A stretch of 64,000 nucleotides of DNA, from contig JARFYF010000061.1 in the NCBI GenBank assembly GCA_030265395.1, positions 13,016,653 through 13,080,652 of the forward strand. Direction: 5' to 3'. Position numbers and translations under genes: made by a program. Source of the DNA: Rhina ancylostomus (lineage: Eukaryota). Positions 12,130 through 24,610 of the stretch are shown one piece after another; position 1 is the first letter of the stretch, and each line of letters starts with the position of its first letter. The notes beneath the pieces are model-generated. The model did no database searches, was not told the DNA's origin, and saw only the letters and a program-made list of their open reading frames with translations.

Positions 12130-13570
12130 AACGAGCGAGGGAACTACAGGCCAGTGAACCTAACAACATTGGTTGGAAAGTTACTGGAGGAGGTTGAATG
12201 GCAGGATTTACCAGTATTTGGAAAGGCAATGACTAATGGGGATGGTCAGCATGGCTTTGCACATGGGAAATTGTGTCTCACAACTTTGAATTTTTTTTTT
12301 GAAGAGATAATGAAGAGGATGGACGAGGGTGGGGTGGTGGATGTTTCGCAAGGCCTTTGATAAGATCTCACTTGGTAGACTAGCCCAGAAGGTTAGATTG
12401 CATGGGATTCAGAACGAGCAAGCAAATTGGATACAAAATTAACTTGATGAAAGGAGTCAGAAGGTGGTCGTGGAGGAGTTTTTTTTTCAGATTGGAGGCT
12501 TGTGACCAGTGATGTGCTGCAGGGATTGGTTCTGGGTTCCCTGTTGTTTTGTCGTCTAAATTAATGATTTGGATGAGAATGTAATTGGCATGGTTAGTAA
12601 GTATGCTGATGACACCAAAATTGGTGATATTGTGGAGAGTGAAGAGGGTTATCTAAGACTACTACCAGATCCAGATCAACTACGGAAGTGGACCAAAAAA
12701 TGGCAGATGGATATTAACATGGACAAGTGGACTTGCNNNNNNNNNNNNNNNNNNNNNNNNNNNNNNNNNNNNNNNNNNNNNNNNNNNNNNNNNNNNNNNN
12801 NNNNNNNNNNNNNNNNNNNNNNNNNNNNNNNNNNNNGGTCATGTGGACTTGCACTGTAAATGGAAGGGCTCTGCAGAGTGTTGGAGAGACCTGGGGGTAC
12901 AGGTACATAGTTCCCTGAAAGTGGAGGCACAGGTAGACAGGGTGGTGAAGAAGGCGTTTGGCACGTTTGCCTTCATCGGTCTGGACATTGAGTATAAGAG
13001 TTGGGACATCACATTACAAATGTACACATTGTTTTTGAGACTGCACTTGAAGTGCTGTGTGTGGTTCTTGTCACCGAGCTATATGAATGATGTCATTAAG
13101 CTGGAAAGGGTGCAGGAAAGATTCACAAGTATGTTACTGGGACCAGAAGGCTTGGGTTATAGAAGAGGCTGAGACATTTTTCCTTAGACCATAGGAGGGG
13201 TGAACTTAGAGGTGTATAAAATCATGGGAGGCATTGATTAGATGAATGGTCACAGTCTTTTTCCCAGGGTAGGAGAGTCTAAAACTAGAGGGCTTAGGTT
13301 TAAAATGAGAGGGGAAAGATTTAAAAGGGACCTGAGGGGCAACCTTTTCACAGAGAGGGTTCCAGTAATATTGAATGGGCCGCCAAAGGAAGCTGTAGAG
13401 GTAGGAACAATTACAACATTTAAAAGACATTTAAACAGGTGTATGGATAAAAAAGGGTTTAGAGGGATATGGGCCAAATGCAGGCAAATGGACCAGCTGA
13501 AATAGAAAACTTGGCCAGCATGGCTGAGTAGGGCTGAAAGGCCTACTTCTGTGCTGTATAACTCTTACGT
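12130..13570 (+). mobile_element. Younger 5'-truncated CR1 (HER1-like) LINE: RT to 3' end
   Basis: QHGF, SKYADDTKIG, LERVQERFT and SKTRGLRFKMRGERFKRDLRGNLFTERV motifs; tail ctgtgctgtataactct. Confidence 0.92.
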
Positions 13571-13691
13571 TTTATGAACCTTTGAAAAGGGTACAGAGGG
13601 AGTTTCATCGACCAATTCCAGCTATGTTATGGCCAAAGTTGTTTGGATGGGTTAGAGATGATGGGGGTGTTGGACTCCTTAAGGGAACAGA

Positions 13692-13992
13692 GTGGTGCCA
13701 CAGTTAATGTTGCTACCTCACAGCTCCGGGGGCCTGGGTTTACTCCTGACCTCAGCTGCTATCTGTCTAAAGTGAGCACGTTCTCTCCATGGCCTCCTAT
13801 ATGTTTCCTCCCACCTTCCAAAGACTTGGTGCTAGGTTAACTGGCTAGCAAAACATAGCCTTTAGGACAGATAAATGGCAAAAAGAATCCAAGGGGAGTT
13901 GATGGGCACCTGTGAAAGATGAATTGCAGGGGACAGGAAAATAAAGAGAGGGGGACTGGGACTTGTGGGATTGCTCTCTGCGGTGCCATAAG
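13692..13992 (+). mobile_element. V-SINE variant
   Basis: tgctacctcacagctccggggg head and tttcctcccaccttccaaagac V-domain end. Confidence 0.7.
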
Positions 13993-14357
13993 ACATAGAA
14001 CATAGAACATCTACAGCACCATTCAGGCTCTTCGGCCCACAAAGCTGTGCTGAACATGCCCCCACCTTAGAAATTACTAGGCTTACCCATAGTCCTCTAT
14101 TTTTCTAAGCTCCATGGACCTATCCAAAATTCTCTTAAAAGAACCTATCGTATCTGCCTCCATCACCATTGCTGGCAGCCCATTCTACGCACTCACCACT
14201 CTCTGAGTAAAAAACTTACCCCTGACATCTCCTCTCTACCTACTCCCCAGCACCTTAAACCTGTGTCCTCTTTTGGCAACCATTTCAGCCCTGGGAAAAA
14301 GCCTCTGACTATCCACACAATCAATGCCTCTCATCATCTTATACACCTCTATCAGGT
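13993..14357 (-). mobile_element. CR1 3' end running into N gap
   Basis: catagaacatagaacat tail repeats and the reverse complement of the CR1 ORF2 C-terminal region. Confidence 0.85.
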
Positions 14358-15379
14358 NNNNNNNNNNNNNNNNNNNNNNNNNNNNNNNNNNNNNNNNNNN
14401 NNNNNNNNNNNNNNNNNNNNNNNNNNNNNNNNNNNNNNNNNNNNNNNNNNNNNNNNNNNNNNNNNNNNNNNNNNNNNNNNNNNNNNNNNNNNNNNNNNNN
14501 NNNNNNNNNNNNNNNNNNNNNNNNNNNNNNNNNNNNNNNNNNNNNNNNNNNNNNNNNNNNNNNNNNNNNNNNNNNNNNNNNNNNNNNNNNNNNNNNNNNN
14601 NNNNNNNNNNNNNNNNNNNNNNNNNNNNNNNNNNNNNNNNNNNNNNNNNNNNNNNNNNNNNNNNNNNNNNNNNNNNNNNNNNNNNNNNNNNNNNNNNNNN
14701 NNNNNNNNNNNNNNNNNNNNNNNNNNNNNNNNNNNNNNNNNNNNNNNNNNNNNNNNNNNNNNNNNNNNNNNNNNNNNNNNNNNNNNNNNNNNNNNNNNNN
14801 NNNNNNNNNNNNNNNNNNNNNNNNNNNNNNNNNNNNNNNNNNNNNNNNNNNNNNNNNNNNNNNNNNNNNNNNNNNNNNNNNNNNNNNNNNNNNNNNNNNN
14901 NNNNNNNNNNNNNNNNNNNNNNNNNNNNNNNNNNNNNNNNNNNNNNNNNNNNNNNNNNNNNNNNNNNNNNNNNNNNNNNNNNNNNNNNNNNNNNNNNNNN
15001 NNNNNNNNNNNNTTTAGACAGGTTCTATTTATTTACCCTCTTGAGCTTTAAGAAGGAAAACTAGATCGAACAAATGAAGGAATATGATGATATTTCTCCC
15101 ACAAAAAATGCATTGAATTTGCATGAACTACCTGTTTGCTTGGTGGCTGGAGGTGTTGGAGGATGGTGCTTCAGTAGAAGCCCTCAAAAGGGAACTGGAT
15201 AAATATTTGCAGAAGTTGGAGGGAAAATGAGGAAAAGGCAAGGGAATGGAACTAATTATGATTCTCCTTGAGAGGTCTGGCCCAGTCTCAGTGTCCTGTT
15301 TGACCTTGTCTATACTGGTGATCATATAATCATTCTATGATCAGCAAATGTAAGAAGAAACAACTCTGTCGTGTCAAAA

Positions 15380-16055
15380 ATAAGCTAGGTGTGATTCATC
15401 GTGGGGAAGTATGAAACGGTATATTGTTAAAAAGAAATAGAGAAGGAACGTATACCTTGAGTGGTAAGATTTGTGAATGGAAGAAGATTGATTGCTGCTG
15501 TCTCAGTTAAATGGATATTTAAGATTCACGGAGTGGAAGAGAGGCACTAAAAAGACAAATTTGCATTCTGGGCTTTACACCCAGAGCTTGGATGAATACT
15601 CTGAGCTTATGATGAATTTGCACAAGACCAGTTAGACTATAGTTTTGATCATGTAAAGAATGAATGTTAGTACCACAAAAGATTCACCGGAATGATGCTT
15701 GGAACAATGGGCAATAATTATGAAGCAAAGCTTGAAAAATAATTTTGTTCCCTATTGGAGCAGGGAAGATTAAGGGAGCCTGTAATGAACCTTCCAGAGT
15801 TATGAATAGGCTCAGTGCAATGAATAAAACAATGAGATGAATAAAGGGGAGTTAAAATCTGATTCTCTCTTTTATTGAAAGTTATTTAGTGCGTGGAATG
15901 TTTTGATACAAATGGCCAAATGGACAGCAGTATAACCAGGTCAGTGTTCGATGCAGGAAATTGTATCTGGAGCTGCAGAAAGGGCAAACGAAGGGGATCA
16001 GAGCAGAGATAGCACTGACTCACTTAGGATGTGGCGGGTGTCTCCTGTGCTGTTG
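15380..16055 (+). mobile_element. Very old CR1 3' half
   Basis: gattcaccggaatgatgc...ttgttccctattggagcagggaagattaaggga resembles the CR1 RFTRM..LFSLE.RRLRG region. Confidence 0.55.
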
Positions 16056-16572
16056 TTTGGTTTTGCAACTGTAGTTAAATCTGTTATATTAAACTAATAA
16101 TAAACCTAAAAAATCAACACTAGATCTATATGTTTGGAAATGTATTTTATTCAACGGTTGTAATCGATTGTATTTTTTTTAAAAAACGTTTCTCTTCTTC
16201 ACAAGAATAATCACTGCTTGCTCTATCCTCATTTTTAAAATTGATATGATTATTAACTCTGTTTTTCTTCCTGTTCTCTCAGTTCCCCACTGCCTCATAA
16301 AACATAATAATACAGCTAGTCTGAGCAGCAAATAAATAAAAGTAACCAATCTAATTTCATCTCAGTTCCTCCAGAGACGCAGTCGGTAGGTTTACTCATC
16401 AGTCAGGAGCTGAAGCACTCGCTGTTCCAGACCCCCAATTGGTCTCACTAATCTCTGGTTTCCCTTAGCCAATGAGCCCAAAGAATCTCCAGGGGTTTGT
16501 GGTCTTGATGTTTAACTCCTTTTCCCCAGCAGTCTGTCAATCTTTTCTGTACCCACCAATGCCTGAACCTCT

Positions 16573-16916
16573 GGGTGGTACAGTGATGCAGCTGGTAGAG
16601 TATAGTTCCAGAGAGCCAGGTTCAATCCTGACCTTGGGTACTGTTGGTGTGAAATTTGTTTGTTCTCCCTGCAACACTGTGGCTCTTCTCTTGGTGCTCT
16701 GGTTTTCTCTGGCATACTAAAGTTATGTGAGTTGATAGATTAATGGGTGACTGTAAATAGCCCCTAGTGTGTAGTGAGTACTAGAATCTATGGAGAGTTA
16801 ATGGGACTGCTGGGAGAATGGAGGATTAGGGAAGGATTAGTTTACAAGTGGGTGCTTGATAGCATGGACTTGAAGGGCTGAAGGGCCTGTTTCCATTCTG
16901 TGTCTCTCTATGACTA
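16573..16916 (+). mobile_element. HE1/V-SINE
   Basis: ggtggtacagtgatgcagctggtagag head, ggttcaatcctgacc B box, tail gggctgaagggcctgtttcc...ctatgact. Confidence 0.82.
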
Positions 16917-16919
16917 TTA

Positions 16920-17525
16920 TTGTCACAACACTGAAATGGTTTTAATCAAAATCACAAATAGCACCCGATGTTCCCACAACCCTGATGCACCATCCACCCG
17001 GATTAGTCCTGACCCCTCTGCATCAGCTGATACANNNNNNNNNNNNNNNNNNNNNNNNNNNNNNNNNNNNNNNNNNNNNNNNNNNNNNNNNNNNNNNNNN
17101 NNNNNNNNNNNNNNNNNNNNNNNNNNNNNNNNNNNNNNNNNNNNNNNNNNNNNNNNNNNNNNNNNNNNNNNNNNNNNNNNNNNNNNNNNNNNNNNNNNNN
17201 NNNNNNNNNNNNNNNNNNNNNNNNNNNNNNNNNNNNNNNNNNNNNNNNNNNNNCATGGTCTGTTGATTTGGTGCATTCAAATCCCAAAGTGGCCTTGTTA
17301 CCCAAGCCCATTCCAACCTCGCTACCCAAACCCCTTCCAATGCCCCCCAACCCCTTCCCTAAAATTACCACTCTTTAAACCTTTGTAGAGCCCTGGATTC
17401 TTGGCCATTGCTATAACCCACACTTTACCAATGGTGTGAATGCTTTCAGACATCTAAAACCTAACCTCTGATATTCTCTCCCTAAACCCCTCCAACTTCT
17501 TTAAGATGATCTTTACAATGTACCT
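16920..17525 (+). mobile_element. L2 LINE remnant (RT fragment plus 3' region, N gap inside)
   Basis: HNTEMVLIKITN...PDPSASADT resembles L2 HSTETALVKVTND...LDLSAAFDT. Confidence 0.65.
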
Positions 17526-17529
17526 GAAG

Positions 17530-17710
17530 TAAAAAAAAATGCAGATGCCGGAAACCTGTAACAAAAAGTCAAACATGCCAGAAACACTCAGCAGGTCAAG
17601 CAGAATCTGTGCTGATGAAGCATTGCTGAGCTGAAACGTTGACTGTTTCTCTTGCCACAGATGCTATCTGACAGTTACTGATTTTCCTTGCATTTTCAAA
17701 CATCTACACA
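17530..17710. mobile_element. Miniature fold-back element made of Penelope terminal repeats
   Basis: Left arm cactcagcaggtcaagcagaatctgtg is inverted relative to right arm cacagatgctatctgac; central CTGATGA..GAAACGTT. Confidence 0.65.
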
Positions 17711-18769
17711 TAGTATTTATTTTTTTAGGTTTAATATTTAGTTTAATATAACAGATTTAACTGTGCTTGCAAAGTTTGACAGAGCGTTCTAATACTGTTT
17801 CCTATTTAGTGTTAATCTTTTTGTTTGATTACTTTCTTATGCTGCATTATGGAACCTTTTGCTATGTTAAGCACTCTGTATAAATGCAAGTCATTACCAA
17901 ATGGTATTTTCAAGGAAGTGCCAACGTGTAAGTGCTGAATCAGTGAGTAGTCTTGGCAGTGATGCGTCCTGATAACCGACTCAGAGTTGCTTAAACCCAT
18001 GTGTATAGAAAGAGCGAATGTGATAATACAGGGTCACTGATGCTAATGGAGCTGTAACCCACTGGGTCAATATCCTTAAGACTTGACAGTTAAAAATCAA
18101 GGACAAAAGGCCCAGTGTAGATTTTCATATCAGATTCACTTGTTTGTTAATGGCAGGGATCAAAAATAAAAGAAATTTAGCTTTAATTTTAGTTCAGTTG
18201 TTAGAAATTCTGGAGGTGAGGAACAAATTAACTGAAGACTACTGAAAATTATTTTAACATGAACCGTCTGTTGCAGTATGTGCAAATAACCTTGGAGATT
18301 CTGTTTAAGTGTTCAATTCTGTGCAAGTGTTTAAAGATACAATGCATTTTATTCTTTAGCATGGCATCGTTTGAGTGATGGTTGGGGACTTCGGTGAGGA
18401 AAGGGGTGATTTTGGTTTCATTTAATAAATTTTGTTCAGTTTTGCACATAAATTCTCTTGGGCTTGTTTAATTTGCAGTGATATGAAGTGGCAATCAAGG
18501 AGCCTTTAGTTTCTCAGGTAATTGGGTAATCAGCCAGAATTGTTTAATTGAAGTCAGGTGATTCAACAGTAGTGTAAAATAAGTCCATGGAGCTGGTGCT
18601 AAAAGCACCATTTTTTTTAGTACATTGTCAAAACAATATGGAATTTGGGAAAAGCTCTTGTGTATTTTATTTATTCACGTATTGTCGCTGAGGTTAGGGT
18701 AATAGCGGCAGAATGACCGATTAGCATTTAAATAGAATTAAGTAAATTGATTAATTTAAATGAGGAAAT

Positions 18770-21700
18770 TACCTTCAGCAGACATGAAAGGACAGGCGAT
18801 ATGTATAGGGGCAGTGTGTGGGAGTCGAGGGAAACCACATCTGCAGTAAGTGTCTGAAGCTTGAAGACCTTTTGGTCAGAGTTGATGAGCTGGAGCCTGA
18901 GATTCAGACACTACATTCCATCAGGGAGGGAGATCCTTGCATACCTATCTATTTTATTCCAGGGGCAGTCACATCCCTTAGATTAAATGCTGCAATATTG
19001 GTTAGTTAAGATGGATGAGGGTGTATGTATGGTGATCTAGGTATGGGGATCCAGAAGGGAGTATCGAAGTAGCCTTGTGCTTGCCCAAGTACAAGTTCCA
19101 GTGGACCGTATGGATGAGAGCAGAGGCTGCAGTGTAGATGAACAAACTGACCACATCTGTGGTACAGAGTGTCACTCAATTTGGTGGAATGAACAGGACT
19201 GTAGTGGTAATAGGGGATAATGTTATTGCACACTTTCTGTCCTCAGCAATGACAGGTATGAGCTCTAAAGGCTGTGTTGCCTGCCCAATGTCTGGTGTAA
19301 AGCTGGAGACAAACCTGGAGAAAGAACCTAGTGTCCAAAATAAANNNNNNNNNNNNNNNNNNNNNNNNNNNNNNNNNNNNNNNNNNNNNNNNNNNNNNNN
19401 NNNNNNNNNNNNNNNNNNNNGTGAGAGAAGTGGGTTTCAATTCGTGGGCCACTGGCACCAGTACCAGAGAAAGGAGTTGGGATCAGTCTCACTTGAATTG
19501 GACTGGTGCTGATGTCCAAGAGGATCAAATAACCACGCCTGTAGATGAAGCTTTAAATTAAGTAGAGGGGTAGGTGTGGGAATAGGGTTCCGATAAGGAG
19601 GTTTTGAAAGTTAAAGAGTAAGGATTCTGCAGTGGACAAGATAGCGAGATGGGTAATGATAATAGTCAGATTTAGGAAAAGTGGTGAGAAGACAAATTAG
19701 AAAGCTTTTTCTCTGAGTTGCAAGTAACATTTAGAGCAACATAGATGAGTTAATGGGACAAATATAAATAAATGAGTATGATAGAATAGGCACTACAGAA
19801 TTAAGGTTGCAAAATGAAAAAGATTGGGAATCAAGTTTTCCACAGTACTTCTCTTTTGTAGGACTTGGGCAAAATGAAAAAGGAAGTGGCATAAATCTAC
19901 AATTAATGAATGGGATAGCTCGGAAATTTAAGACATAGAATCAATTTTGGGTGGAGTTATGGAAAAGCAAGTGACAGAAAACATTATTGGGAGTTGTATA
20001 TTGGTCCCCAAACAGCTAATGCAGGGCATAGTATAAATTATGATTTTAGAGGTCCATGTGATAAGGTTAATATAGTCATCATGGGGACTTCAATCTATAT
20101 ATAAACTGAGCAAACCAAATTAGCAGTATGAGGTGAATTCACGGAGTGTATAAGAGAGAGCTTTCTAGATCAGTGTGCAGAGGAAATAGGCTATTTTAGA
20201 TCTAGTGTTGTGTAACGAGCAAAGGTTAAGAGATAATTGGGTAGTTCAGGAGCCTTTAGGGAAAAGTGATGATAATATGACAGAATTTTATATGAAGATT
20301 GAAAGTGATGTAGTTCAATCTACCCAGTGTCTTAAATCTGAATAAAGCAAATTGTGCAGGCTTGAGGCACAAGTTGGGTGTGAGGACTGGGTAACTATAT
20401 TTAAAGCTACAACAGTGAATAAGCAATATTGGCTAACAAGTTAAAGAATTACTACATAGTTTACAAGTACAGTAGTATATATTCATTTAAGGATAATCAA
20501 CAAGAGAATAGTCCAGCTGTGGATATGCAGAGAAGCTGAAGATAGTATTTGAGAAAAGTCTGCCAAGTAAAGCAATAATCCTGAAGATTGAAAAAAATCA
20601 TAGAATTCAGCAACAGAGGATCAAGGTATTGAAAATGAAAGGAAAAGTAGAATACGAGAGTAAGTCAACTGACAAAACAGCCTGTAAAAGCTTCTAAATA
20701 GGTAGAAAAGAAATTGTTATCTGAAGTTAGTGTGTAAAGAACCCAGATTGTGATTGGAGAAATTGATTTGGGGATTAAGGAAATGGTAGAGAAATCAAAT
20801 ATATTTTGTTTCTCCATGGAAGAAGGCACAGAAATTCTGGAAATAGCAGTGAACCGCAAATCTAGAGTGAATAACAAGGTCAAGTAAATGAGCATTAGTT
20901 AAAGATTAGATTTGGAGAAATTAATGGGAGTGAAAGGCAGACACAAGAAATTCTGCAGATGCTAGAATCTGGAGCAATATACAAGAAGTGCTGGGGGAAC
21001 TCAGCAGGTCAGGCAGCCTCCATGGAGGGAAATAAACAATTGACATTTCAGGCTGAGACCCTTCATCAGGATTGGAAAGGAAGAGGGCAGAAGCCAGAAT
21101 AAGAAGGTTGGGGGAGGGGGAGGAGCACACGCAGGCAGGTGAGAGGGGGAAGGTAGTGGGTGGGGGAGGGGTAGAAGATGTAATAAGCTGAGAGGTGATA
21201 AGTAGATGAGGCAAAGGGCTGAAGAAGAAGGAATCCGATAGGAGAGGGCAGTGGACCATGGAGTAAAGGATGGGGAGGAGAGGAGATGGGCAGGTCATCA
21301 AGGTGGGGGAAGGGAGTCACAGGAATAAGGGAAGACAAAGGAGTCAGGGAAAGAAAAAGAAAGGATGGGGTTACTGGAAGTTAGAGAAATTGATGTTAAG
21401 GCCATCAGGTGGGAGACTCCCAAAGTGAATATGAGGTGTTGTTCCTCCAACCTGCGCCTGGCCTCAGTAAAGGCAATAAAGCCCTTGGGCCATTTGACCT
21501 GCATCCTGAAAGAGGTGTTGTTGAGACAGTGGATGCACTGGTTGTCATCTTCCAAATTCCATAGGTTCTGGAATGGTTCCCACTGATTGTAACATAGCAA
21601 ATGTAACCCCTCTGTGTAAGAAAAGAGAGAGAGAAAAAAGACAATCACTGACCAATTGGCCTGACATCAGTTGGAGGGAAAATGCTTGAGGTTAATTTTA

Positions 21701-22785
21701 AGGAATTCGTAACAAGTCACTCAAACAATAATGAAAGGATGGTCAAAGTCAAAGATTTATGATAAGGAAATAGCATTTGAAAAACTTCTTTTAGTTTGTA
21801 GCTACTAGAATGGTTCAGGGGAAAATAGTTGATGCGGTGCATTTGGACTTCCAGAAAGCCTTAAATAAGATGCCACACAAAAGATTATTAAAGAAAATGA
21901 GCGGACACAGCATTAGGAGTAATCTACTGGTATGGATTGAATATTGGTTACTAGAGAGAAAACATAGAGTCTGAATAAACTGGTGATTTCTGGGTTAGGG
22001 TGGGATGCTGTGATTGGTGGAATGCCACAGAGATTGCTGCCTTGGCCCCAGCTGTTCATGGTCCATATGAATGATAAATGATCAAGTGTATTATATCCAG
22101 GTTTGCCAATGATACAGAGTCAGGTGGCAGTGTGGGCTGTAAGAAAGATGGAGAACAGGTGAGGCAGAGATTGAAAGAGGCTGGTGTACAGCATGAAGGC
22201 AAATGGTACGTTGGTCTTTAGTGCAACATTTTGAGAACAAAACAGAAACATTTTACTTCAATTTCATTACAATATAGGAGTTGCTTGCAATATAGGGAGT
22301 GCAGCAATTGCTCACCAGATTGTTTCCTGGGATATTGGGTTTGTTGTACGAGGAGTGATTAGGCAGGCTGGCTTTTAAACTCTGAGTTAGGAGAATGAGA
22401 AATGTTTGCATTGAAAGGAACAAAATCCTTATTAGGCTTGAGAGGGAAGGTGGGATGTTGCTTCCTGTGGCTACCATGTCTAGAACCAAGGATTACAACC
22501 TAAAAATAAGGGATAAGGAATTCCGAGCACACAGGAGGAGAAATTTCTACATCCCTGCACCCCTTCCCCAGGAGAAGTCAATCTTTGGAATTCTCTGCCT
22601 GAGAGGGGTGTGGAAGTTCAATTTCTGAGTATATTAAAGACTAAGATATTAAAGGAACTTTAAGATTATGGAGTTGGTGCAGGAAAGTGGTGCTGACTAA
22701 AAGCAGTCATGAGCTTATTGAATGGTAGAGCAGGAAGAAGGGGGTGAACAGCCTACCCCCACTTTTATTTCTTGTGATTCTATTT
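18770..22785 (+). mobile_element. Near full-length decayed CR1 LINE with ORF1 (zinc finger/leucine zipper plus esterase) and ORF2
   Basis: ORF1 remnants HICSKCLKLEDLLVRVDELE, RTVVVIGDN, GFQFVGHWHQY, HLNWTGAD; ORF2 endonuclease atgggggacttcaa-like (MGDFN) at ~20080, RT ttggacttccagaaagcc (LDFQKA) and tttgccaatgataca; CR1 tail at ~22700-22785. Confidence 0.85.
20940..21468 (-). mobile_element. Penelope-like 3' fragment inserted in the CR1, 7-bp target-site duplication AAAGGCA
   Basis: Peptide EARRRLEEQHLIFTLG; aaaggca at 20933-20939 and 21469-21475. Confidence 0.85.
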
Positions 22786-23994
22786 TCTCATGTATGTGCA
22801 GTATCATTTCTCACATTAAAGGTCATACCAACAGAGTTCAGGCATGAAGCGCATTTTTCAAAGATTTATACAAAGTATGCAACAAAAGAGTTATAACATA
22901 CAGTCAACCAGATGAAATGGGTACATGGCCCAGGGCAGATATCCTGAATGTGTAAAGGGTAATTTTCTAATGAAAATACCAGTTAAGCAAACTGTCTCTC
23001 CGAAATGAATTGTCTATTGATTTTGTCCTTTCTTCAATGAGTAACGTTAATGTGAAAACGACGCAAGTGAAACAAGCCTTTGGATTCTCACTGAGGACTA
23101 ACAGTAACTTCTAATTCTGGCAAGACCTTGCTCCAAAAATAAATTTTAATTCTAGCTTTTTAGTTTAAAAGAGGCCTCTTCCTTTGGAAAATTAGCTTGG
23201 GAGAGGCAGAGAGCCTAGAGCAAAGCATATTAGCTTTAAAGAAAGACATTTGGGTGCCCAGAATAAATATAAATATCTTGGCTCCTGTTCAATCTGATAA
23301 TGATTCAATAACGTAATATTTTGGAATGTGAAGTGATTTGGAAATAGAAATTTAGCTACTTGTTTCCAATTTGCTTCAGTTCAAACCTCAACACTTTGGA
23401 GGTATAATGGTCCAGAATTTGTGGCTGCAGTAACGGTGAAACTACCTTGACCCTGACGACTGCCATCAGAATATGTGCAGTCAAATGCGGAAATCCACGT
23501 TGACCATAATGCTTTGCTCAACTACAGTCTGTTGGTGTCTTTGCTGAGGCAATTTACACAATCAGTGATTCAATGTGAAACTGAACCTTGTCTGAATTAT
23601 TCTAACTGTAAGTGTCACTGAAAGTGTATAGCCTTACTGAATGAAATGCATTGGAATACTAAGACTTAATTCCTTCCGAACAATCTAATTTTAAATGAAT
23701 GCATTGTCATTCTCTTAGAATACATAAGGTGTTCAACAGTAATTTAAAAATAAATACTTCCTTTGCAAGTCTGATAGTTCAGCTTCCATCTGAATCTCAC
23801 ATATATCCAAAATTTCATTTCACTTTCCCTCAAATTCCTAAATAAGCAAGAGTGCATTGTACTTCCTGATTTGAGGTGATTCATTTCTTCAGTTTGATTG
23901 GCTGCACAGCTTGCTTGCTGATAGCAATGTTGTTGGATGCTATTATTGCCTGTAAATCCTGCCCAATTACTGATCCCAGTTTACAACTTCCTCA

Positions 23995-24610
23995 GGAAAC
24001 TCACCAGTGCCTCTACTTCCTCAGGAGGCTAAAGAAATTTGGCATATCCCCTTTGACGCTCACCAATTTTTATCAATGCACCATAGAAAGCATCCTATCT
24101 GGATGCATCAGAACTTGGTAAGGCAACTGCTCCGCCTAGAACCGCAAGAAACTGCAGAGAGTTGTGGACACAGCTCAGCACATCACAGAAACCAGCCTCC
24201 CCTCCATGGACTGTTTAGACTTCTTGCTGCCTCAGTAAAGCAGCCAGCATAATCAAAGACACCACCCACCCCAGATGTGCTTCCTTCTCCCTTCTCCCAT
24301 CGGGCAGAAGATACAAAAGCTTAAAAGCACACACCACCAACCTCAAGGACAGCTCCTGTCCTGCTGTTATGACTATTGAATGGTTCCCTAGTATGATAAG
24401 ATGGACTCTTGACCTCACAATGTATCTCGTTATGACCTCGCACCTTATTGTCTACCTGAACTGTACTTCCTCTGTTGATTAATACAAGTTGTAACACTTT
24501 ATTCTGCATTCTGTACTACCTGCACTGTGTAATGAATTGATCTGTATGAGCAGTATGCAAGACAAATTTTTCACTGTACCTTGGTAAATATGACAATAAA
24601 CCAATTCCAA
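23995..24610 (+). mobile_element. Rex/Babar-type LINE 3' end
   Basis: HQCLYFLRRLKKFGISPLTLTNFYQCTIESILSGCI; tail tgacaataaaccaattcc. Confidence 0.85.

Noticed and set aside
14263-15064. Long ORFs spanning N runs (also near 1305, 6864, 16900, 34910, 57005, 59713)
   Set aside because: Open only because Ns translate as X.
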